In this document: positions 10,944 to 20,137 of the stretch, one piece after another
How the letters are laid out: every line of letters begins with the position of its first letter
Numbering within the stretch: the stretch's first letter is position 1
Assembly (NCBI GenBank): GCA_049322615.1
Contig: JBMORX010000010.1
Span: 25,416-89,415, forward strand
DNA length: 64,000 nucleotides
DNA from: Patescibacteria group bacterium
GTDB taxonomy: Bacteria > Patescibacteriota > Microgenomatia > CAYGWK01
Reading direction: 5' to 3'
The notes under the pieces: model-generated
What the model was told of the DNA's origin: nothing
Database searches by the model: none
The model's input: only the letters and a program-made list of their open reading frames with translations
Program-made: the position numbers and the translations under genes

Positions 10944-12353
10944 ATGAAGTTCCTTTTTATTCAGAAAAGCGCTTTTCCTTTAGCTGGAGTGATGAGTCTT
11001 GGGGCGGTCATCAAAAAAACCGGCTGGCAAGTGGATCTAGTTTTAGCGGGAGAAGAGGATATTTTAAAAAAGGTTTGGGAGTTTCAGCCCCAGGTAGTGG
11101 CTTTTCCTGTTTTTACCGGTGAACATCAGTGGGTCCTTCGGCAGGCGCGGGTTTTAAAGAAAAAACATCCTCGTATTTTTATTCTTCTTGGTGGTTCCCA
11201 TCCCACTTATTATCCTGACATCGTTAAAGAAAAAGGAGTTGATGGCATTATTAGGGGAGAAGCCGAAGGAGCAGTTTTGGACTTATTGAAAGCTTTAGAA
11301 CAAAAAAAATCCTTAACTAAAATCAAGAATCTTTGGTTGAAGAAAGGAAAAAGGATTCATAAAAATCCCTTGCGTCCCCTGATTGAGGATTTGGATAGTT
11401 TGCCTGTTCCCTTAAGAGGAATTTATTATCAATATAATTTTTTAAAAAATGCCTCGGTCAAACAATTTTTAACCGGCAGGGGATGTCCTTATAATTGCAC
11501 TTTTTGCTCTAACCATCTTTTGCGCCAGATGTATCAGGGTAAGGGTAAATATCTTCGCCGACATTCTCCTTTAAGGGTTATTCAGGAGATAAAAGAAGTT
11601 TGGGAAAAATATGGCTTTAAGACAATTTCTTTTACTGACGATGTTTTTACTGTTGATAAAAATTGGTTAAAAGAATTTTTGCCTCTTTACCGAAAGAAGA
11701 TTGGGGTGCCTTTTATGGTGAATGTCACTGCCAACTCGTTGGATGAAGAATTAGCCAAGATGCTTAAAAAGGCTGGTTGTTACGGAATTGCCATGGGAAT
11801 TGAATCAGGAAGCCAAGAAATGAGGTTTAAAGTCCTTAAGAAATTTATCACCGATAAACAGATTTTTGAAGGAGGAAGATTGGCAAAAAAATACAATTTA
11901 GTTCTTAAGACCTACAATATTTTATCCTTGCCTGGCGAGACACTTCAAGATGCCATTAAGACGATTAAAATCAATGCTGCCCTTAAACCCTTATCAGCCA
12001 CGGCTTCCCTTCTTCAACCGTATCCAGATTACGAAATTACCCGCTACGCGGCCAGAAAAGGCTTTTTAGCGAAAAATTTTGGGATCGATGATGTCTTCGA
12101 AAGTATTTATCTGGCTTCCCCAATTAAGGGGAAAGAATCCCAAGAAATTGAAAACCTTCAGGCTTTTTTCCCTTTTTTGGTGGCCCATCCCAAATTTATT
12201 CCCCTCGTCAAACCATTGCTCAGGTTGCCATTCCGCTGGCTTTTTAGATTAGTGGCCAGAATTACTTACGGATTTTATATGAGCCGCGTCCATCGACTTT
12301 CTTTGCTAGATAAGATTCGATTCCTCCATCATATAGACCCTTTGAAGGTTTGA
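10944..12353 (+). CDS. B12-binding domain radical SAM protein
   Basis: ORF 10887..12353 trimmed to the ATG at 10944 (MKFLFIQK). GGSHPT, CPYNCTFC, GIESGSQEM. Confidence 0.8.
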   Translation: MKFLFIQKSAFPLAGVMSLGAVIKKTGWQVDLVLAGEEDILKKVWEFQPQVVAFPVFTGEHQWVLRQARVLKKKHPRIFILLGGSHPTYYPDIVKEKGVDGIIRGEAEGAVLDLLKALEQKKSLTKIKNLWLKKGKRIHKNPLRPLIEDLDSLPVPLRGIYYQYNFLKNASVKQFLTGRGCPYNCTFCSNHLLRQMYQGKGKYLRRHSPLRVIQEIKEVWEKYGFKTISFTDDVFTVDKNWLKEFLPLYRKKIGVPFMVNVTANSLDEELAKMLKKAGCYGIAMGIESGSQEMRFKVLKKFITDKQIFEGGRLAKKYNLVLKTYNILSLPGETLQDAIKTIKINAALKPLSATASLLQPYPDYEITRYAARKGFLAKNFGIDDVFESIYLASPIKGKESQEIENLQAFFPFLVAHPKFIPLVKPLLRLPFRWLFRLVARITYGFYMSRVHRLSLLDKIRFLHHIDPLKV

Positions 12354-12504
12354 AGACCTTGACCCGCCTAATCTTCCCTTGCGACTTTTCAGTTCTATTC
12401 GAACACGCCGCAAGGAGCGATTTATGTCGGGTCGGCGCCCCGCACCGAACTTTGTTCTGGTGCGGGGCTTGACTTTTCGATTTTTGGGATATAGGATAAA
12501 AGTA

Positions 12505-12753
12505 ATGAAGAAAAGATTGACTCCAGGGCAAATAGACCGCTGTTTTGGTGTTATCTTGGCGATTTTTTTGGCGTTTGCCGGATTTTTGTATTGGCAAGGC
12601 TATATCCAAGGGAGTGGTTTTTTACTTACGGCAATTGTTGTTTTATTAGCCGGAGCTTTCTGTGTTTTTAATACTCGAAGAGCCCAGAAAGATGGATTTT
12701 TAAATGGCTACGCTCGGGCAAAGGATGATTTTGAGAAAAAGAAAAAGGGTTAA
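12505..12753 (+). CDS. Small two-TM membrane protein
   Basis: ATG 12505 downstream of TTGACT-17-TAGGAT (about 12468-12496). Two hydrophobic helices. Confidence 0.45.
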   Translation: MKKRLTPGQIDRCFGVILAIFLAFAGFLYWQGYIQGSGFLLTAIVVLLAGAFCVFNTRRAQKDGFLNGYARAKDDFEKKKKG

Positions 12754-13085
12754 ATTTCTTCTAAAAGTTTTTCCGAAATATCCTTTCGACAGTGACCGCA
12801 GATAACCTCTTTTTCGTCTCCTTTAGCATAAGTTGGCTTTTCGCAAACATTACATTTAACAGATTTGTAGGGTGGGGGAACGACTAAACTTCTGGCAACT
12901 TCATCAAGAGTCAAAATCGTAAAGACAACCCCCAAGGGAATAATTATTAAGCCAAAAAACAAACTCCAGCCAGGAATTTTAGCAAGGAGAATGAGAATGC
13001 CGCCAAAGAAAAGACCTAAAGACAAGACAACCATTAAAACCTGTTTTGAGACAAGAGTCACCAGTTGGGAATTCTTAAACATCAC
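12750..13085 (-). CDS. Membrane protein with C-terminal zinc-ribbon (CxxC...CxxC)
   Basis: 111 aa. Two TM segments, then CNVCEKP...CGHC. Confidence 0.5.
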   Translation of the reverse strand: MMFKNSQLVTLVSKQVLMVVLSLGLFFGGILILLAKIPGWSLFFGLIIIPLGVVFTILTLDEVARSLVVPPPYKSVKCNVCEKPTYAKGDEKEVICGHCRKDISEKLLEEI

Positions 13086-13088
13086 TTA

Positions 13089-13182
13089 ATCATAGCAAGT
13101 GAAAAAGAAATTGTGAATGGTCAATTTTGAGTAGCATCATAGCAAGTGAAAAAGAAATTGTGAATGGTCAATTTTGAGTAGC
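13089..13182. repeat. Perfect 47-bp tandem duplication
   Basis: atcatagcaagtgaaaaagaaattgtgaatggtcaattttgagtagc occurs at 13089-13135 and again at 13136-13182. Confidence 0.95.
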
Positions 13183-13975
13183 CTCGCAAGGCGATTCCTT
13201 GCGAGGCTAAAGGTCGTAATCGATTAAGGCAGTTTTGATTAAAGAAAAATCTTCTGTTTGTTTAACAAATGCTAGATAGTCTAATCGGGGATTCTTTTTA
13301 GAAAAATAAGAGAGTATTTCTTCTGGATGAACCCAGCTTGCTTGTCTTTGTCCTAAATATTCTGGCAACGAAGACGGTTGAGAAGTCCACCCACGAAAGG
13401 CATTGCCTTTTGAGGCTAATTCTTCAGGGTTGCGGTGAATATAACTAGTTAAATAAAGGAGTTGCTCTTCGGATTCAGCCATAACCGCTTTATATTGCGA
13501 TTGATACAGATGTCCAACGCGTTTATATTTTTTATTAAAAAACATGGTATATCTTGTCCCTAAAGAGTTCATAAATCTATCAATTGCATCTTTCGACTTT
13601 TGTTTTAAGAGAAAATGAAAATGGTTGGGCATTAAACAATAAGCGAGGAGAATTATTTCCCTCGAGAAGTTATTCAATCGCAAAAGTTTCAAAGCTTTGT
13701 CTTTCTCTTTGTAACTTGTTGATGGGCTAGAGAGTATTTCTCTAAGTTGCTTCTCGTTTTTGGGGAGGAGATATGTTTTAAGATATGAAAGAAAAACGGC
13801 ATAATCTTGTTCGTCAGAAAATATTTGGCGTTTTTCCACTCCCCGGTTATAAATATGATAGTAGCCATTTTCGATATATACTTTAAGAGCATTTTTAGCA
13901 GGCATAATTGCAGTCTTACACAAACGAAAGTATTTGTCAAGTTCACAAGGAGTTGCCTTGCGAGGCTAAAAGATC
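13183..13975 (-). mobile_element. IS200/IS605-family or RayT-like unit (Y1 transposase gene with similar subterminal hairpins)
   Basis: 15-nt direct repeat ccttgcgaggctaaa at 13197-13211 and 13956-13970. Each is the 3' arm of a small hairpin (gcctcgcaagg/ccttgcgaggc; caagg/ccttg), and they flank the transposase ORF. Confidence 0.55.
13207..13923 (-). CDS. Y1 (HUH) transposase, IS200-like/REP-associated type
   Basis: YHIYNRG, PNHFHFLL (HUH motif), YIHRNP (catalytic Tyr region). Confidence 0.75.
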   Translation of the reverse strand: MCKTAIMPAKNALKVYIENGYYHIYNRGVEKRQIFSDEQDYAVFLSYLKTYLLPKNEKQLREILSSPSTSYKEKDKALKLLRLNNFSREIILLAYCLMPNHFHFLLKQKSKDAIDRFMNSLGTRYTMFFNKKYKRVGHLYQSQYKAVMAESEEQLLYLTSYIHRNPEELASKGNAFRGWTSQPSSLPEYLGQRQASWVHPEEILSYFSKKNPRLDYLAFVKQTEDFSLIKTALIDYDL

Positions 13976-14063
13976 CGTTAGCGAAGGAGAGGAGGAAACT
14001 GGTGGGGAAGAGTAAGACTCGCCCGAAGTTTTTGAGCCCTTTTGAGAGAAATCTTGAAAGGGC

Positions 14064-14603
14064 TCATTTTTTGAGGTGTTCGACTATTTTATAAAGAATA
14101 ATTCCTGCCGAAACCATCACGTTTAAAGAACGGTTTATTCCTAACATTGGTAGTTCGACGATAACATCGGCTTTTTCTAAGACGCTTTTCGAGATACCAT
14201 ATGTTTCGTTGCCAACCACCACTGCTACAGGAAATTTTGGCTGTAAATCTTTATAGGAAATTGCTTCTTTTTTCTGCTCAACGCAAATTATTTGAACACT
14301 TTTTTTCTTCAGTGAATTGACAACTGAAAGAGCACTTTTTGAATATTCCCAAGGGACCCATTTCCAAGTGGAAACCGAAGCCTTTTTAATTTTTGGGTTA
14401 GGAGGGGTTTCGGTTTGACCACAAAGATAAATTTTTTCTGCCGCCACCGCATCAGCTAAGCGAAAAAGAGCGCCAACATTGTAGGTATCCAAAACATTAT
14501 CCAAAACAAGATAAATTGGATTGCGCTTGATTTTTTTAAGTTCTTCTTCGGTTGGTTCGGTCGTCCTTAGTTCTTTAGCGCCAAGTTTAAGCATCATGTT
14601 CAT
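14064..14603 (-). CDS. SpoU/TrmH-family RNA 2'-O-methyltransferase
   Basis: YNVGALFRLADA, VVVGNETYGIS, LPMLGINRSLNVMVSAGIILY (SPOUT knot motifs). Start choice among M1/M11/M13 is uncertain. Confidence 0.75.
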   Translation of the reverse strand: MNMMLKLGAKELRTTEPTEEELKKIKRNPIYLVLDNVLDTYNVGALFRLADAVAAEKIYLCGQTETPPNPKIKKASVSTWKWVPWEYSKSALSVVNSLKKKSVQIICVEQKKEAISYKDLQPKFPVAVVVGNETYGISKSVLEKADVIVELPMLGINRSLNVMVSAGIILYKIVEHLKK

Positions 14604-14701
14604 TTTAGCACAAAAATTTGCTATAATTAACACGGTTTTGGCCCCACCACGTCGGACGTGGTAGGGAGCCGCGTTTGACGCGGGAACGTCAGACGTTCCG
14701 C

Positions 14702-14774
14702 GGCCCCATCGTCTAGTGGTTTAGGACATGAGGTTTTCAGCCTTAAAACCAGGGTTCGAATCCCTGTGGGGTCA
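14702..14774 (+). tRNA. tRNA-Glu(UUC)
   Basis: Hand-folded cloverleaf: GGCCCCA/TGGGGTC acceptor, anticodon loop TTTTCAG, T-arm CAGGG-TTCGAAT-CCCTG. No encoded CCA. Confidence 0.85.
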
Positions 14775-16473
14775 CAGACAAGGATTTTGAGGTTTTAAAA
14801 TCGCTTTTTAGGGCGAAAAGACGGGCTAATTTAGGTGTTCGATTAACTAAATCATCATAAGTTGGCAACTCTTCGAAAAGTAACCCAAACATAGCTGCGT
14901 TTCTAAGGGGTTCGGAGCTTGAGAACAATAATTCTTCGGGGTGTTCGATGTAATATTTCAGGTATCCTAAGACTACCTGGACATCCACTTGTTGCTTTTC
15001 CTTTCGATCACGGATAAGAGTCGCTTGGGCTTTTTCTTGCTCCAAGTTGTCAATATCATCTTCTAAAAGCTTGATGGCTGCCACAGAAGTTAAGACTTTA
15101 ATCTTTTCTTTTAGGTTCTGAATTTCTTGTTCAATTTGGGTGACTCTTTGACCAAAGTTTATTGTATCATCAGATAAATTCTTCTCCCGCTTCTCCCACT
15201 CCTCCAAAACGATTTGCCTGAACCGAATAAAATACTCCTCACTAAACTTAACATCTTCTACGAAGGATTTAATTGTTTTATGAAACTCTGCAACTGGAAT
15301 CCCGATATATTTATGGTTCCTCCCACAGTTGCCGCAGTGATAATAACCATGACGTTCTCCGTTCTTGCTTCTGGAGAAAGAGGCTAAGAGAGACTTTCGA
15401 CAGATGGGACATAAAACATAGTGACGGTAAGGAAATAGGGGATTTTCCTTTAACTTCTTTTGCCCCCAAGGCGATTTTTGGTTTCTTAGAAGAGATACGG
15501 TTCCATCGGGATTTTCTACGATAACAATCTTGCCTCGGTTAGCTTTGTTAAACATGTCTATTGTAACTAAACCATCGAACCGTTCCTTAATTGGTTTACC
15601 TTCTGTCCAAAACTCATCGTTAATTCCAGCGTAGATGGGATTCTGAATATATCGTTGAAATTGTTTCACTGTTAATTTATTGCCACCGCCAAAACCTATT
15701 ATTTTCTTTTTATCGTTGGGGTCATGTCTTTTAAACTTTCTTGATCTAAAACCCATGTCGTTTATTTCCTTTACAATCTCTTTATCATCCAAATTTCCCT
15801 GAATCCTTAGCTCATACATGCGAATAAACCAAGGCGCTTCGGTAGGATCGCCTTCAAGAATTACTCTCATCCCACGCTCGGTTTCTATTTTTTGGTTGCG
15901 AAATCCCATCGGTGCCTGCCTAACATGGTATCCCATGCGAACATATCGAATTTCTGCCCCGATTAGTCTTGTCAAAATCGTTCTGACCTCCTCACGTGCC
16001 CGCTCTGCATCAAGAAGTTCAGTAATCCAGGTAGGGGAAAACTCTGACCAGTCGTATCGGACGTTTAGGTGTGCCAGGGTATTTATTTTTTGGGTGCCGA
16101 TAATTCCCATAACGTCTACAAGCTGGATTCCTAATTTTGAAAGTTGTGTTTTAAGAAGACCGTAGATGGTCGAACCACCTCTGGTAAATCTATCTATGCT
16201 TTTAGTGAAGAAGAACCTGATTTTGTTCGCGGGGTTTTTACAGTATTCTATAGCTTTTAAGACAGGTTGCGTGTCCAACTCGCCTGAAGCTGACTCAGTA
16301 AATTCGAATATCTTCCTAATTTCTATTCGGCAGTTAAGAAGTGTTCCTAATTGTTCTGCTCGAATTTTTATTTGTTCAAGCTGCTCTTCTGGAGAGTCAC
16401 CCGTCATCTCCTGCTTAAGAGAGCTTACCCGAATATCCGCAACCGCGTATTGAATTTCCCGCTCATCCTTCAT
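14743..16473 (-). CDS. Large serine recombinase (integrase)
   Basis: N-terminal YAVADIRVSSLKQ (catalytic Ser), recombinase domain, zinc ribbon CPICRK...CGNCG, coiled coil. The last 32 nt overlap the tRNA-Glu 3' end on the opposite strand. Confidence 0.85.
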   Translation of the reverse strand: MKDEREIQYAVADIRVSSLKQEMTGDSPEEQLEQIKIRAEQLGTLLNCRIEIRKIFEFTESASGELDTQPVLKAIEYCKNPANKIRFFFTKSIDRFTRGGSTIYGLLKTQLSKLGIQLVDVMGIIGTQKINTLAHLNVRYDWSEFSPTWITELLDAERAREEVRTILTRLIGAEIRYVRMGYHVRQAPMGFRNQKIETERGMRVILEGDPTEAPWFIRMYELRIQGNLDDKEIVKEINDMGFRSRKFKRHDPNDKKKIIGFGGGNKLTVKQFQRYIQNPIYAGINDEFWTEGKPIKERFDGLVTIDMFNKANRGKIVIVENPDGTVSLLRNQKSPWGQKKLKENPLFPYRHYVLCPICRKSLLASFSRSKNGERHGYYHCGNCGRNHKYIGIPVAEFHKTIKSFVEDVKFSEEYFIRFRQIVLEEWEKREKNLSDDTINFGQRVTQIEQEIQNLKEKIKVLTSVAAIKLLEDDIDNLEQEKAQATLIRDRKEKQQVDVQVVLGYLKYYIEHPEELLFSSSEPLRNAAMFGLLFEELPTYDDLVNRTPKLARLFALKSDFKTSKSLSVTPQGFEPWF

Positions 16474-16501
16474 GGTTTTATCCTCCTTCCATCTTACTAT
16501 T

Positions 16502-16750
16502 TTACGATATAAACCTCAAGGCTCCTTTCTCCTTATCCTCAAGAATCAAATCAATTAAACGATTAGCTAAAATTCTCATCCTGTCTTCTAGGTCTTGTTC
16601 TAATTGAACGCCTGAGATGGTAGTAATCCCCGACATAGTTGTATAGACCTCGGTAAATTTATCCAGAGTTGAATTAGTTTCTTGACCAAGAACTGTTTCT
16701 AATAAGACGTATGCCTGTGGTTCGCAGTAAACTGGCAGTAATTCAAGCAT
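16502..16750 (-). CDS. Hypothetical protein
   Basis: 82-aa ORF tightly packed behind the integrase gene. No motif. Confidence 0.4.
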   Translation of the reverse strand: MLELLPVYCEPQAYVLLETVLGQETNSTLDKFTEVYTTMSGITTISGVQLEQDLEDRMRILANRLIDLILEDKEKGALRFIS

Positions 16751-16752
16751 GG

Positions 16753-17001
16753 TTAGTAGTCCTCCAAAAAGGCAGACAAGACTTGGTTAAAATCTTTTTT
16801 GTTGGTATATTCACCATCGTTATAAGACCCACCGCCATAACTCACCCGCAGGTAAACTTTTAAAGGCCTATTTTGCCAATTAATCCTGCGTATTTTAGTG
16901 TAGAAACGGCGAATCGAGTGGGTCTCGTATCTTTCTACCAATTTACCGTTTTTGATAACCCGAAAAGTAAAATTTAGCCTGTTTTTGTTTTTCTTTTCCA
17001 T
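16753..17001 (-). CDS. Hypothetical protein
   Basis: 82-aa ORF, 2-nt gap to the next gene. No motif. Confidence 0.4.
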   Translation of the reverse strand: MEKKNKNRLNFTFRVIKNGKLVERYETHSIRRFYTKIRRINWQNRPLKVYLRVSYGGGSYNDGEYTNKKDFNQVLSAFLEDY

Positions 17002-17123
17002 ACTACCTCCTTAATCCTTATGTCATATATGTCATGTTTAGTGTCATATATGCTTTATTTCTTATAAGGGAGAAAAACATATTAGACTGAGAACATAGTC
17101 TTCTTACATATTCGGCTGATAAC

Positions 17124-17432
17124 TTAAAACATATCTTTTTCATAGCTTGGTTCTTCCATGGCTTCCTTCATCAAATATTCGTCATAACTTTTTAGAATTC
17201 CGTTTTTGATTGCTTGCCAGTCTTCAGGAGAATCTGTCTTGAAAATAGGCCTCCAACCATGGGGGGATAAATAACTAGGAGGGGTTACATAATTTGCTCC
17301 ACTCTCATCTCGGAGAACTTTGAAACCTTTGACCAAAAAACCGTCGAAGTGAATATCGGCACGGGCGATAACTTCACCTTTGTTAGCTTTGAAAATATCA
17401 ATCGAAAGAATTTTAAGTTTGGCTGCTTCCAT
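17124..17432 (-). CDS. SpoVG-like protein
   Basis: VIARADIHFDGFLVKGFKVL..G.NYVTPPS resembles the SpoVG core (A.A.I.fd..fvv.dikV...G.fVamPS). Confidence 0.45.
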   Translation of the reverse strand: MEAAKLKILSIDIFKANKGEVIARADIHFDGFLVKGFKVLRDESGANYVTPPSYLSPHGWRPIFKTDSPEDWQAIKNGILKSYDEYLMKEAMEEPSYEKDMF

Positions 17433-17685
17433 GATTTTTTCCTTTTTCCTTCATCTCAAAAACCATGTCTCGATAACTTTCTACCGAATCCAGTAAATCT
17501 TTTGCCTGAACTAAAGGGGCTTGTCTGCTTAGATAGGCGTTAACCAATTTCTCGCACCTATCTTTGGGGGCAAAAAGAAAATATATGGTCGTGCCAAGAA
17601 GTTTGGAACCAAGAAATTTAACATCAGGCTGAATCAGAAGATACGGCGTTAATTGTTTATCCTTTGTCTCAAATATATCGTTCAT
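17413..17685 (-). CDS. Hypothetical protein (DUF5659-like pattern)
   Basis: 90 aa. TIYFLFAP...CEKLVNAYLSRQAPLVQAKDLLDSVESYRDMV resembles the DUF5659 family from memory. Not verified. Confidence 0.35.
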   Translation of the reverse strand: MNDIFETKDKQLTPYLLIQPDVKFLGSKLLGTTIYFLFAPKDRCEKLVNAYLSRQAPLVQAKDLLDSVESYRDMVFEMKEKGKNHGSSQT

Positions 17686-18079
17686 AATTTTTTCCCAACA
17701 AAAAAAGCCGCGAGCTTTTCACTCGTGGCTTAAACTTTTCCCACCTCGTTGTGGGATTTTAAACCCTTTATGATTTTATTTTACCCCTAAAATTTCGTTT
17801 GTCAATAGGCACTTGATGGACAACTTCAGAACCTATTTTACCTCAAATAAATCAATAAATTCCAACTTTCTTTATTTAGGAACCGATTTTTATCAAAACG
17901 ACTCCCAGAATCATATTGGGAAAACAGTAGCTTAAGGGAAAATTTGTTAAAGAAGACAATCCGTTCCTCAAAATAAGGAAATTCAATTCAATTCAATTCA
18001 AGTCAATTCAATTTAAGAAAAGATAATTCAAGTTAACATCGCTATTATACCAGAAAATTTGTATATTTTCAACTTCGTC

Positions 18080-18610
18080 TTACCCTCGCCAGCTCTCTAG
18101 TTTATCCTTGCAAGATAAGAGGGCTTCCTTAACTTCCTCTGCCGCCTTTAAAAGAGGCTGGTCTAAAAATCCTCCACCATAAGAAACTTTTCCTAAATCA
18201 TAATCAACTAAAACGTTATATCGATGAATTTTGGTGTAGGATTTTTGCAAATTTTCCTGTAGTTCCTCACTCAGAAAATAGATATCTCCCTTGGCGGTCG
18301 ACCAGGCTTCCGTTATAAACCGTATTTTTGCGTTATTAACCATAATATTTTCAGTTAACGCAAGATTTTCGTTAACTTCTGCCAATAATCGTTTTACCGT
18401 GCTTGCCCTGGCTTTTTCCTCTTCTTCTTTTCGCTTTTCTGACTCTTGTTCATAAACCGCTTTAATACTTTTCTCGGCGGCCTTAATCGAACCAAAATAT
18501 GATAACAATCCACCGATAACGGCTCCTATCAGACCGCTTAACAAATTACTTAGTTCCATGCTTAGACAATTATACTCCTCTCGGAGGCGATTACTAAAAG
18601 GGGGACTCAA
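18080..18610 (-). CDS. Membrane-anchored coiled-coil protein, partner of the DUF4238 gene
   Basis: 176 aa. One N-terminal TM (LLSGLIGAVIGGLLSYFG), charged helix EKRKEEEEKARA. 17-nt overlap with the upstream gene. Confidence 0.5.
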   Translation of the reverse strand: MSPPFSNRLREEYNCLSMELSNLLSGLIGAVIGGLLSYFGSIKAAEKSIKAVYEQESEKRKEEEEKARASTVKRLLAEVNENLALTENIMVNNAKIRFITEAWSTAKGDIYFLSEELQENLQKSYTKIHRYNVLVDYDLGKVSYGGGFLDQPLLKAAEEVKEALLSCKDKLESWRG

Positions 18611-19544
18611 TTTTTATACCTGGTTTTCTTGGCATCTTGTCAATCTTGCTCTTTTTAACCAGGTTCAAAAGTTGTTTTCTTTTCCTTGAGATGATAAACC
18701 TATCCGAAAAAAATATTGTCCTAAGGTTAAAATTGTTGATTATCTTATCATCTGCGTCCTGCCAAAAAGTCACCCCACCGTATTTGTGCATATATAGACA
18801 AATTCTAGAAGATAAAGGGAGGGTTAATTCGGCCAAACTGATATGATAAGGCTGAAGTGGGACGGCTCCAAATCTCATGACCGAAAAAGGGTTATCAGAG
18901 GTGAGGAAAAGATTATTTCTTGCTGACCTTACAAAAACCCAATTAAGACGAAAGAATATCCCGTAAAATTCTTTAAAGGACTCCAACATAAAGGTCAGAT
19001 GATATTCCTTCGGCACTTCTATCTTATATTTGTCTTCCTTAATAAATTTCATCGCCTCTTCTGGTGTTATATCGAATTTTTGGCCAGTGTTCCGCTCGAA
19101 ATTTTCAATAGTTTTCTGGGCCCGTTCCTCGTTAAAAAAGCTCATCCTTAACATAATTTTTGAAAATTGCTCGTAGGAATAACTCACATCTCGCCTGAAG
19201 GCTGTAGTTCGTAAGTATTGCGTGGTAACAAATTCACACAGGTCTCTTCTCTCTTCTGGCAAGTTAGGCAAAGTGCCCTTTTCAAGTTTTTCGATAACCC
19301 TGTTTGCCCTTTCTTCAATACTTTTTGCGAAAAGGTCAATTTCGATACTAAGGTTTTTGTCACCATCTTTAGTATGGAAAGTATAAAAATCCCTCTCGAT
19401 TGTCGTGTCTTTTGTAGGTTGTTTTCTCAACTCTTTCTTTTCCCTATCGTAAACCCAAACCATGGAATTGGTGTCGCTAAAACGCTTTAGGTAAAAATTG
19501 GGCATGGTGTGCTGTTTAACTGGTGCCCTTGGCTGGTTTTTCAT
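18594..19544 (-). CDS. DUF4238-family protein
   Basis: N-terminal HTMPNFYLKRFS matches the H-x-x-P-x-FYL-x-x-F signature I associate with DUF4238. 316 aa. Confidence 0.55.
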   Translation of the reverse strand: MKNQPRAPVKQHTMPNFYLKRFSDTNSMVWVYDREKKELRKQPTKDTTIERDFYTFHTKDGDKNLSIEIDLFAKSIEERANRVIEKLEKGTLPNLPEERRDLCEFVTTQYLRTTAFRRDVSYSYEQFSKIMLRMSFFNEERAQKTIENFERNTGQKFDITPEEAMKFIKEDKYKIEVPKEYHLTFMLESFKEFYGIFFRLNWVFVRSARNNLFLTSDNPFSVMRFGAVPLQPYHISLAELTLPLSSRICLYMHKYGGVTFWQDADDKIINNFNLRTIFFSDRFIISRKRKQLLNLVKKSKIDKMPRKPGIKIESPF

Positions 19545-19603
19545 AATTCACCCTTATATCGGATATTATACCGTTTATTGCCCAAAACAGTTAAAATATA
19601 AGT

Positions 19604-20137
19604 ATGGTTAGGAAGTATGATTGGCTTAAATTACAGCAAGAATTTATAACGGGTGGCTGGCTAACCGTCAGTGACTTCTTCAGGTCAAAGGGTGTCCCCT
19701 CCAACTCAAGAACACGCGCGAACGCTAAGGGATGGCGTGAGAAAAAAGTTGCCTACGGAAAAAGGGTGATTGCCGAGGTTAGAGAAAAAACAATCGAATC
19801 GGAAGCTGAAATACGGTTAAGACAACAACGGGCGGCAAAATATCTCCAGTATAAAGGCTTAAAGAAGCTGGAAGAACTGCCAGTCGAGAAACTTGATACG
19901 AAAGAGGCGAGAAAGTTGCTCGTGGATGGATTGCAACAAGAAAGGGAAGCTTTGGGTCTTGATAAGGACATAAAAGCCACGCAAATCAATATCAGTTATC
20001 CTTCTAGGACTGAATTAGATAAATTTATTGAGACCGCAACTTACGAACAAATTCTTGAGCTTATCGCCGAAGTTAAAAAGGAAAAGGCAAGAAGAAAATC
20101 AACTCTCGCATGCGAGAGTCTTCGAAACAAACTATAA
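19604..20137 (+). CDS. Hypothetical protein (phage small-terminase-like N-terminus?)
   Basis: YDWLKLQQEFITGGW.TVSDFFRSKGVP...ANAKGWREKK resembles the HTH N-termini of phage small terminase/packaging proteins. Weak. Confidence 0.3.
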   Translation: MVRKYDWLKLQQEFITGGWLTVSDFFRSKGVPSNSRTRANAKGWREKKVAYGKRVIAEVREKTIESEAEIRLRQQRAAKYLQYKGLKKLEELPVEKLDTKEARKLLVDGLQQEREALGLDKDIKATQINISYPSRTELDKFIETATYEQILELIAEVKKEKARRKSTLACESLRNKL

